This document shows positions 28,859 to 37,213 of a DNA stretch of 64,000 nt, piece after piece. The position numbers and the translations under genes are program-made. Source of the stretch: an uncultured candidate division Zixibacteria bacterium (GTDB lineage Bacteria; Zixibacteria; MSB-5A5; UBA10806; 4484-95); NCBI GenBank assembly GCA_963668625.2, contig CAXXKA010000003.1:35000-98999 (forward strand), written 5' to 3'. The notes beneath the pieces are model-generated. The model was not told where the DNA came from, made no database searches, and saw only the letters and a list, made by a program, of their open reading frames with translations. Each line of letters begins with the position of its first letter. Within the stretch, counting starts at the first letter, position 1.

Positions 28859-29727
28859 AAACATTCGGAATAATAGCTCATTTAAAACGGCCAAATGTCG
28901 AGAGAACGGCCAAACTGGTTATAGATTGGCTGCAATTGCAGAAACTCGAGTATCGTGTCAACAGTGACTTGATATCCGAGATGAGCCTTGCGGAAAAAGT
29001 TTATCCCGAAAGCGAATTCTACCGGGGATTGGACTGTATTCTCTCCCTCGGTGGGGATGGCACCATGCTTTCCTCGATACGCAAAGCCGGTAACCTTGGT
29101 GTTCCCGTATTTGGCATTAATGTCGGCAGGCTTGGTTTTCTAACCGAGATATTGCCCGTGGATTTAATCTCGGCGTTAGAGAAATTACACAACGATGATT
29201 ACGAGATAGATGAGCGCATGATCCTGGAGGCGACGGTGGAGGGAAGCTCGGATAGCCATTTCTATGCGTTAAACGATGTCGTGCTCGATCATGGCGATAG
29301 CACCCGCCTGGTAAAGCTTGATCTTTTCCAGTTCGATGAGTTCGTTTGTCCTTATAACGCCGATGGCTTGATTATTTCCACACCAACAGGTTCTACCGCT
29401 TATAACCTGGCTACCGGCGGCCCGGTGATGCATCCTCACTTAGCCGCATTAATTGCCAGCCCGATTTGCCCGCATTCATTAACGCTTCGGCCCATTATTT
29501 TCGATGACAGTAGCGAGTTGACTATCAGGGTGGCCTCGGATGATATTGATGTAAGAATGACTGTTGATGGGCAGATTAGCTGCAATCTCGCTTCTGAATC
29601 GCGTGTGCATATCAGGAAAGCGCCGCATAAAGTTAAGCTGATCAGGATAAAGCATTATTCGTTTTTTGAGATATTAAGAACCAAGCTTCACTGGGGAGCA
29701 AGGCCCTTAACAGCCGGCGATGATTGA
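28855..29727 (+). CDS. nadK: NAD kinase
   Basis: GGDGT, G.LGFL, ND, DGLIISTPTGSTAY motifs. Confidence 0.95.
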   Translation: MKTFGIIAHLKRPNVERTAKLVIDWLQLQKLEYRVNSDLISEMSLAEKVYPESEFYRGLDCILSLGGDGTMLSSIRKAGNLGVPVFGINVGRLGFLTEILPVDLISALEKLHNDDYEIDERMILEATVEGSSDSHFYALNDVVLDHGDSTRLVKLDLFQFDEFVCPYNADGLIISTPTGSTAYNLATGGPVMHPHLAALIASPICPHSLTLRPIIFDDSSELTIRVASDDIDVRMTVDGQISCNLASESRVHIRKAPHKVKLIRIKHYSFFEILRTKLHWGARPLTAGDD

Positions 29728-31411
29728 AACTCTGCATATAAAAAACTATGCGCTTATAGATAACCTGACGGTTGAGTTTAAACCGGGGTTGAATATTTTT
29801 ACCGGCTCAACCGGCGCGGGTAAAACTATCATCATAGGCGCGCTAAGCCTGGCTTTAGGCGAAAGAGCCTCGGAGGATTCGATAAGAACCGGCACCGAGC
29901 AAACCCTGATCGAGGCCGATGTTAAGCCACAAAACGGCAGCGCACTGGGTTCTACCGAGTTTGAGAATGAGGATAGCCTCCTGATCAGGCGGGAGATTAA
30001 ACGCAGCGGACGCTCGAAAGTCTCGATAAATGATCGCCATGTGACGCTGACGACGTTAAAAGATATCGGTTTGAGGCTGGCGGATATAAGCGGACAACAT
30101 CGCCAGCGAGGTTTGACCGATCAGAGCAGCCATCTGGAGATAATAGATAATTACGCCGGATTGCGGGATGATCTGGAGACGCTCGCCGAGTTTTACAGGG
30201 ATTATGAAAATCGTAAAAGCGAACTTAGCCGTCTGCAAAACGAACGCGATAAAGTTATATCAGAAAAAGAACTTTTAGAATTCCAGATTAAAGAGATTGA
30301 TGACGCGGGTTTGGAGGCCGGTGAGGACACCGCGTTGGAAACCGAGAAAACTCAACTGGCTCACGCCGAAACTGTCAAGGCCACCTGTACCTCCGTATGT
30401 AGAATTCTTTTTGATGATGAAGGCGCTTCGTTGGAACGTCTGCAAACTGCCATTAAGGAATTCGGGCGTATCGTTAAATACTCCGATAAGGCGGAGGCGA
30501 TAACCCGTAAACTGGAGGAGCTGTCAATACATCTGGATGAAACCGGCAACTCAATCCGGGAACTCGAGCAGGGATTCGAGTTCGATCCCGGCCGTCAGGA
30601 TATCGTAGAGGATCGGCTGGTGTTAATCAAAAAGCTTAAACGCAAATACGGCGGGAGTATCGAGGAAATTCTCAGGTACAGCCAACAGGCACAAACCAGG
30701 ATATCGCAATATCACGACCTCGACTCTAAAATCGAGACATTAACAGGTGATCTAATTGAGTCGCGAAAAAAACTATCCCAAATGGCTATTTCCATATCGC
30801 AGAAACGGCGTAAAGTGGCGGGAAAACTCGAAAAAGATATCGAACGCCACCTGGCCGAACTGGCTATGAAAGAAGCAAAATTCAAGGTGGGATTCACAGC
30901 CAGGGAAAGCGATGACGGCCCATTCCAGGTGAACCAACATAATCTCCAGGGAGATGAAACAGGCTTTGATATCGTAGAATTTTTAATCTGTCCCAATCCC
31001 GGGGAGGAGCTCAAACCGCTGGCCTCGACTGCCTCTGGAGGCGAGTTATCGCGTATTTTATTGGCGATTATCTCCTCCATTGCCGAGGCGTTCCCGCGTG
31101 ATACTCTTGTTTTCGATGAGGTCGATACCGGAATATCAGGCGAGGTTGCCTCGCAGGTCGGCAAGAAACTTCAGAAACTTGCCCAGAGCCGTCAGGTGAT
31201 ATGCATAACGCATCTTCAACAAATAGCCAGTCGGGGAGAGGTACATTTCAAAGTTTATAAAGGTAAAAGCAAGGGAAGGACTATCACAAAAATAAAGCTT
31301 CTTGACGGCGATGATCGGGTGGAGGAGATCGCCAGACTATTGGCGGGTGAGAAAATCAGCGATGTCGCTAAAGACGGGGCAGCCAGGTTACTTGAGGAGG
31401 GTCGCTCATGA
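29720..31411 (+). CDS. recN: DNA repair protein RecN
   Basis: TG.TGAGK Walker A, ASGGELSR, FDEVDTG and ITH motifs. Confidence 0.95.
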   Translation: MIETLHIKNYALIDNLTVEFKPGLNIFTGSTGAGKTIIIGALSLALGERASEDSIRTGTEQTLIEADVKPQNGSALGSTEFENEDSLLIRREIKRSGRSKVSINDRHVTLTTLKDIGLRLADISGQHRQRGLTDQSSHLEIIDNYAGLRDDLETLAEFYRDYENRKSELSRLQNERDKVISEKELLEFQIKEIDDAGLEAGEDTALETEKTQLAHAETVKATCTSVCRILFDDEGASLERLQTAIKEFGRIVKYSDKAEAITRKLEELSIHLDETGNSIRELEQGFEFDPGRQDIVEDRLVLIKKLKRKYGGSIEEILRYSQQAQTRISQYHDLDSKIETLTGDLIESRKKLSQMAISISQKRRKVAGKLEKDIERHLAELAMKEAKFKVGFTARESDDGPFQVNQHNLQGDETGFDIVEFLICPNPGEELKPLASTASGGELSRILLAIISSIAEAFPRDTLVFDEVDTGISGEVASQVGKKLQKLAQSRQVICITHLQQIASRGEVHFKVYKGKSKGRTITKIKLLDGDDRVEEIARLLAGEKISDVAKDGAARLLEEGRS

Positions 31412-31968
31412 TAGATGTCGAAGTCCCGGTTAAGGACATACCTGAGCAAGAAAAAAGGTCTATAATCCCTAACCTGCTGTCTATTTCCCGAATAGCATCC
31501 GCGCCGTTCCTGTTTTTAGCGATTAAAGACAGGGATCTTGTCTGGACGGTTATTTTAGTTTTTTTCGCCATGCTGACCGATTACCTGGACGGTTTCCTGG
31601 CACGCAAAATAGGCAGGATATCCAATGCCGGCAAGATTCTCGACCCTATTGCCGATAAGATTTGTCTTGCCTCGGGTGCCCTGGCTCTAGGTATATACGG
31701 CGATTTGCCTCTTTCGCTGTTAGCTCTGATACTCCTCCGGGATACGATAATAGGACTTTTGGGTGTTACGATTATCAAGAAAGCCAAGAAGGTACCGGTT
31801 TCGAATATGATCGGTAAGGTGACGGTATTTATGCTGTCCGTCTCGATGGTGATTTATATACTTCAGCTCGAGTATCTGTATTCAATCGCTTATCTGAGCG
31901 CGGTCATATTCATTGTCGTATCGTCTATTAGCTACCTGTGGGCGTCGATCAAATTAATTTCCAATTAA
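31408..31968 (+). CDS. CDP-alcohol phosphatidyltransferase (PgsA-like)
   Basis: PNLLS..R and D..DG..AR.....S..G..LDP.AD motifs. Confidence 0.88.
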   Translation: MIDVEVPVKDIPEQEKRSIIPNLLSISRIASAPFLFLAIKDRDLVWTVILVFFAMLTDYLDGFLARKIGRISNAGKILDPIADKICLASGALALGIYGDLPLSLLALILLRDTIIGLLGVTIIKKAKKVPVSNMIGKVTVFMLSVSMVIYILQLEYLYSIAYLSAVIFIVVSSISYLWASIKLISN

Positions 31969-32086
31969 TCTTGAATATTAGAAGAGCTTTTGTTTATATA
32001 TAATAAAGGAACCTTTGCGAATTAATGTCGTAAAGAAAATCGGGTGCTGAAATTAATATATCTATTAAATAAAACGAGGAGGTAGA

Positions 32087-32791
32087 ATGTTAAAAGTTAA
32101 AGGGTTTATCGTATTTGCTATAGTCGTGTTGTTGGCAATACCCTCGATGGCTAAAAAAGTTAAAACCGTTGAGGAGAAGGATGGAGTTGTTACCGACTTG
32201 CGGCTTAATTACACCTTAACCGTTCCTAACAATTGGAAGGTTAAAAAATATAAAGAAAAAGAAGATGAACCTGCTCTTATGCGCACGATGTTCTCCCAGA
32301 AAAATTATCTTGTCAACAGCGATGCTAAAGCTTTTGATGGCGATTTCACGATTCCGGAGATTCAGATTTACGCCATGCAAACCGATATGACTCCTGAGGC
32401 GTTTTTTGATTCTTTGAAATCCGCCGTGAAAGCTCATGACTCGAAGCTTGATATTATCAATAAAATGAATCTTGTCATTTCAGGTGAATTTATTCAGGAT
32501 AGAGAAATAACTTTAGCCGGCGTACATAGCATGCAGGCTTATTTTAAACGTAATTGGGACAGGCATATACAGGGCGATCCTAACGATCCCCGTCTCCGCC
32601 AGTACGGAGGACTGATGGTGCAAAGCATCCACGATGTTCATGTCGTATATGCCATGAATCATAACGGCTGGCTTTTCGTCATTCAGGGAATTGCCGAAGC
32701 TGAGTTTTTCACCCGGGTTGAGCCTGAGTTCAACCAGATTATTTCAACTATGGTATTTAATGATATGGAGCAAGCTGAGACAGCCGAATAA
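32087..32791 (+). CDS. Secreted hypothetical protein (possibly PsbP-like fold)
   Basis: gaggagg RBS, signal peptide, Y.LTVP.NW start and F..IIST end. Confidence 0.7.
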   Translation: MLKVKGFIVFAIVVLLAIPSMAKKVKTVEEKDGVVTDLRLNYTLTVPNNWKVKKYKEKEDEPALMRTMFSQKNYLVNSDAKAFDGDFTIPEIQIYAMQTDMTPEAFFDSLKSAVKAHDSKLDIINKMNLVISGEFIQDREITLAGVHSMQAYFKRNWDRHIQGDPNDPRLRQYGGLMVQSIHDVHVVYAMNHNGWLFVIQGIAEAEFFTRVEPEFNQIISTMVFNDMEQAETAE

Positions 32792-33012
32792 CCGATTCGG
32801 ACAATAAATTGTGTGTAAATAAAGTAAAAAACTGCGGGCTTTTTGCAGAGTTAAATAGATAAAGATTTTCCAACAATGACCGTCATTAATTAGTATTGAC
32901 GGTCTTTGCTTATGGTGAAACAGGCTTCGGGTTCAATCCAGGTTTGATATCTCTTTTGTATTGACTCGGTTAAGCCTAAGTGTTATGATTGTCTGAAAAT
33001 TATGGAGGGATT

Positions 33013-33342
33013 ATGTGGATAATTCGTTATGCAATAGCGGCCCTGTTGATAATCATCCTGCTGGGCTTTACGATTCAGAATACGTACCAGACCGTTGTAA
33101 TTAATATTCTCGATAAAACCTACGAGAACGTGCCTCTGGTTTATGTAATCTACGTGGCTTTTTGCCTGGGTCTGATATTCTGGTTTATAATCTCAGTCAT
33201 ACAGTATTTTCGGATGACAGGCAGGCTATCCGAGCAAAAGAAGCAGATCCGCACCCTGACGGCGGAAATAACCACTTTAAGGAATCTACCGCTCGAGGAA
33301 CCCGATGAAAGAGCGGCCGATGAGGCGGGGGAGAGCAGTTAA
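33013..33342 (+). CDS. lapA: Lipopolysaccharide assembly protein A (LapA)-like
   Basis: Two TM helices with F..QN...V.I, then a coiled coil; upstream of a LapB-like gene. Confidence 0.8.
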   Translation: MWIIRYAIAALLIIILLGFTIQNTYQTVVINILDKTYENVPLVYVIYVAFCLGLIFWFIISVIQYFRMTGRLSEQKKQIRTLTAEITTLRNLPLEEPDERAADEAGESS

Positions 33343-34490
33343 TGGAGCAAACATTTAGCGGTTACTGGTGGCTGGTTATACCCGTAGTGCTGGCGTTTTT
33401 GGCTTTGCTGTTTTCGCTTGAACGTCGCGGCGGCAAAGTTAAACAGATTTATCCTCAAAATTACATTGATGGTTTAAAAGCGCTTATTGCCAATGATGAA
33501 AGCGATGCTTTTGTCAAGCTCAAACAGGCCGTTGCGGATGACACCAATAACGCCGATGCCTACCTGAAACTGGGTGACCTGTTCCGCAACAGGGGGCAGT
33601 TCGAGAAAGCTATCCGAATTCACCGTGAGCTTATTCTCCGTAAAAGTATAACAACGGAGATGGTATCTCAGGTACGGAAAAGCCTGGTTATCGATTATAT
33701 GCAGACCAAACGCTATGAAACAGCCCTGGAGGAACTTGCGATCCTGGTTAAAGATTCGGGGCATCGTATCTGGGCGAATGAAAAAATGCTGGAGGTTTAC
33801 GAGTTGACCAATCAATGGGAGAAAGCTCTGAACATCGGCAAATCACTACTGAAATCCAAAGATCAGCAATATAAGCTGGCGGTTTACAGATATTTAGCGG
33901 GCAAGGAGCTGTATGACGAGGGCGAATTTCATAAAGCCAGGCTGGCATTTAAAGAGGCTATCAAGTATGATGAGGTTTTCGCCGATCCCTATATCATGAT
34001 CGCCGAATCGTACTTAGCCGAGGATCGCAAAAAAGACGCCGTTGAATTCTTCAAGAAATTAGCCGAAAAAGCTCCATCCGAATTTTACAGGGTGGTGGAT
34101 AAAATCGAGGAAACCCTGTACTCGTTGGGGCATTTTTCAGAAGTCGAAGCTGTTTACCGGAAAATTTTAAGCGATAATCCCGATGATATCGAGATACTAA
34201 AATCCGTGGCTGGCATCGAGGAGAAAAAAGGCAATACTAAAGGCGCAACCGATTACCTTCAGCAAGTTGTCAATGAACATCCCAACGATGGCGCCGCCGC
34301 CGCCAAGTTGATGGAATTGTATATCACCGGTGATGAACGCGAAAAAGCTTATGATCTTCTTAATATGATAAAAGAGAAGTGCAATCACTCACCGCATCAA
34401 TATAGATGTCCTCATTGCAAAAATAAAACTTCCACCCCGGAGATAACTTGTCCGAACTGCAATCGAGTTGGGCCATATAATAAAGTATGA
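33342..34490 (+). CDS. lapB: Lipopolysaccharide assembly protein B (LapB)-like
   Basis: N-terminal TM; LG.LFR.RG..EKAIRIH; TPRs; C-terminal CPHC/CPNC rubredoxin. Confidence 0.85.
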   Translation: MEQTFSGYWWLVIPVVLAFLALLFSLERRGGKVKQIYPQNYIDGLKALIANDESDAFVKLKQAVADDTNNADAYLKLGDLFRNRGQFEKAIRIHRELILRKSITTEMVSQVRKSLVIDYMQTKRYETALEELAILVKDSGHRIWANEKMLEVYELTNQWEKALNIGKSLLKSKDQQYKLAVYRYLAGKELYDEGEFHKARLAFKEAIKYDEVFADPYIMIAESYLAEDRKKDAVEFFKKLAEKAPSEFYRVVDKIEETLYSLGHFSEVEAVYRKILSDNPDDIEILKSVAGIEEKKGNTKGATDYLQQVVNEHPNDGAAAAKLMELYITGDEREKAYDLLNMIKEKCNHSPHQYRCPHCKNKTSTPEITCPNCNRVGPYNKV

Positions 34491-35467
34491 AATTTAGCGT
34501 AGTATTATTAGTGATCGCTTTTTTTTCGATCAGTTCCGCGGATAGTGTCGATGACCTTCTGCGCAGCGGTAAATATTATGAGGCAGAGCGGAAACTATCG
34601 GAAACCTATGGCCGGGATGTCGAATCGCCGGAGTACCTGTTTTTGCAGGGCAAAACCTCGTTTTCCGGTGAAAGCTCAGCCGCCCGTCTGAAAGATTATA
34701 TTAATAAATCTACCGAGGATACCTACGTGCCCGACTGGGCAAGACTTCTACTGGGCAAATATTATATTTCGCTGGGTCTGTACGTGACCGCTCGCAAGCA
34801 GTTGGGGGCTATCCCTATCGGCTCGCCATTTTTCTCCGAGGCGGAATATCTCGCGGCCAGATGTTACCTGCTTTCCGGCGAGTACGAGGACGCTCTATTA
34901 GCCTTCGGCGATATAGCTGCGCAATCTCACCATAACGATTACCTGCAGTGGGCCTCGCTGGGCGCCGGCGATGCTTATTTCGAGAACGGCGATTATAATA
35001 ATGCCGGGGAGATTTACGCTGATTTGATTAATAACTCCTCAGATGATGATATTCATGCCCTGGCATTGTTGGGGTTGGTTGATGCTTTCCGGGCGCGGGG
35101 TGATGATCGTAACGCCGCCAAATACTATGATATCTACGAAAATCGCTATGGCGCCGGGATATCTAACCCCCCTGATGAGCCGGTACCGGCAAAGCACCTA
35201 ACCGCGCAAACTCGGCAGCCTGAAACCTCCGTGAAAGGACGTTACTATATTCAGGTTGGCGCGTATTCCAAGAAAGATAATGCTCTGAGGGTGGCCGATC
35301 TGTACAAAGAGAGCGGCTATAAAGTGTATATGGAGACATTCGTAGAAAATGGCAACGAATTCTATCGTATACTGGTAGGCGGTTACAACAGTAAGCAGCA
35401 GGCGAAATTCATCCAGAAACGCCTTGAGGATGCTGCAGGCGAGAAGTATTTGCTGTTAACAAGATAA
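34487..35467 (+). CDS. TPR + SPOR domain protein
   Basis: Signal peptide, TPR-like helices, C-terminal YYIQVGAYS..NA...YRILVG.Y.S. Confidence 0.85.
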   Translation: MKFSVVLLVIAFFSISSADSVDDLLRSGKYYEAERKLSETYGRDVESPEYLFLQGKTSFSGESSAARLKDYINKSTEDTYVPDWARLLLGKYYISLGLYVTARKQLGAIPIGSPFFSEAEYLAARCYLLSGEYEDALLAFGDIAAQSHHNDYLQWASLGAGDAYFENGDYNNAGEIYADLINNSSDDDIHALALLGLVDAFRARGDDRNAAKYYDIYENRYGAGISNPPDEPVPAKHLTAQTRQPETSVKGRYYIQVGAYSKKDNALRVADLYKESGYKVYMETFVENGNEFYRILVGGYNSKQQAKFIQKRLEDAAGEKYLLLTR

Positions 35468-35634
35468 CTCAAGCAACATTTATACATCATTTAATAATAG
35501 ATTTAATTATTTAGAATGCATATAAAAACGAAAGATTATATCCTAGTCCGATTTGAATATTTTTGTTGACAGTTTTTTTCCGATATTTTATTTTTATAAT
35601 AATCAATCATTTTTTTACTGAGGAGTTACTAAAA

Positions 35635-36312
35635 GTGCCCAAAATCCGAGTACTATTGATTGAAGACAATCGCCTGTTGAGAGAGGGCATAACTGCCATG
35701 CTAAACGATCAACCGGATATAAAAGCAACCTCGGCAACCGGCAACGGAGATGCCATCGAAAAAGCAAAAAAATATAATCCCCAAGTCGTTCTGCTTGATC
35801 TCGGGCTTAGAAGCCAGAACAGTTTGCGAATCGCCGAAAAAATCAAGAAATTAATTCCGAAATGTGAAATCGTTGTTATGGATCTTATTCCGGTGCAGGC
35901 CGAGATAGTTGAGTTTGTCAAAGCCGGGGTTTCTGGTTTTATTCTCAAGGATGCGACCATTGATGATTTTCTACACACTATAAGATCGGTTGCCGATGGT
36001 AAGAAAGTGCTTCCGCCTCCTTTAACCGGGTCACTATTCTCGCAAATCGTCGAATATGCCGTTCATAGCGGCAAGGCTGATCGTTTAATGAAGGCTGTCA
36101 AACTGACAAAGCGGGAGCTCGATGTCGTAAATCTTATTTCCCGGGGAATGAGCAACAAAGAGATCGCTACGGAACTCAACATCGCAATTCATACGGTTAA
36201 AAGTCATGTCCATAACATATTGGAAAAACTCGCTCTCCGTTCCCGATTAGAGCTGGCGAGCTTTGCGCTTACCGAAGGAATGGCCCGCAAAATTGATGAC
36301 CATAATGATTGA
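35635..36312 (+). CDS. NarL/LuxR family response regulator
   Basis: REC (IED, LLD, LK) plus LT.RE..V..LI..G.SNKEIA..L.I...TVK.H; GTG start after gaggag. Confidence 0.93.
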   Translation: MPKIRVLLIEDNRLLREGITAMLNDQPDIKATSATGNGDAIEKAKKYNPQVVLLDLGLRSQNSLRIAEKIKKLIPKCEIVVMDLIPVQAEIVEFVKAGVSGFILKDATIDDFLHTIRSVADGKKVLPPPLTGSLFSQIVEYAVHSGKADRLMKAVKLTKRELDVVNLISRGMSNKEIATELNIAIHTVKSHVHNILEKLALRSRLELASFALTEGMARKIDDHND

Positions 36313-36517
36313 GGTAAAACTCTCAATCTTAGGGACTAATTCTCTTTTCAATCTTTTGGCCGATTGACAACATTGATATGTTTTAATATAATTCTTCCAT
36401 GGTAAAATTAAGCCTTAAAACATAATTGGTAAGTCATTCAGAAAAATTTCTAAATTTTATGATGGTCAAAACGATAATTAATTTTACCGATTTGCTCATG
36501 GGGCCAGGGGGATATTG

Positions 36518-36652
36518 ATGAACGCAATTCAACGATATAGTTTGTTCTATGATGAACCAGTCAGGTTATTTATAGGTGACTTTTATTTTTCGGCTTTTGG
36601 GATTACCTATGATACCAATGAAGCTCAGGATATTATCCGAGTTTCATATTAA
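36518..36652 (+). CDS. Possible small protein (44 aa) MNAIQRYSLFYDEPVRLF...
   Basis: aggggga RBS-like site; no recognised domain. Confidence 0.35.
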   Translation: MNAIQRYSLFYDEPVRLFIGDFYFSAFGITYDTNEAQDIIRVSY

Positions 36653-36743
36653 GAAGATCGGCAATCGTTTAATCATTATATATAACGGTTGTGTTTTAAA
36701 TTAGTAAGGAGGTCAAGTCTTTGAGAGGCCTGCATGAACAATA

Positions 36744-36800
36744 AGGGGGGAGCAGGTATCGAAAGACCGGGGGTTCGATTCCCCCGCCTCTATTTTTTTT
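36744..36800 (+). ncRNA. tmRNA tRNA-like-domain-like mini element followed by U-tract
   Basis: AGGGGGGAGCAGGTATCGA joined directly to GACCGGGGGTTCGATTCCCCCGCCTCTA, resembling the 5' and 3' ends of tmRNA with G3.U70. Confidence 0.45.
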
Positions 36801-36903
36801 GCTTCAGAACGTCACACTTTCAATCCTGACACATGTGAATCACTACAGCCATAAGAGCCCGGACATATTTAAAGGATTTCGTCCGCCTGTCCCGCGTTTA
36901 TCT

Positions 36904-36957
36904 CTTGTTCCCAAACTCCGATTTGGGAACACCCGTATTTGAGAAACTTCGTTTCGA
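36904..36957 (+). repeat. REP-like repeat family D
   Basis: gttcccaaa-ctccga-tttgggaac hairpin plus gagaaacttcgtttcg. Confidence 0.75.
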
Positions 36958-37213
36958 TTTTAATCAGCTTCAGGATGTAATACCTTGTTTCCAGACACAT
37001 ATAAATACTCCAACCATAGGAGCCGGGACATTCCTGTCCCGCACCCGAGTAATATAAATAATTACAAATTGCTTGCTGCAGGGGCATTCGATCGAACGTC
37101 CCTACGATTTTGTGCATATACTCTTAATAATTAAATACCCAATACACCGCAATCAACACCATTATCCCAACTAATCTATTGACCAACTGCTAGCACTGTA
37201 TTAACTTCCACCT

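Noticed and set aside
36734-36829. 31-aa ORF MNNKGGAGIERPGVRFPRL... over the tRNA-like element
   Set aside because: Weak RBS, runs into repeat DNA, and is better explained as RNA structure; not fully excluded
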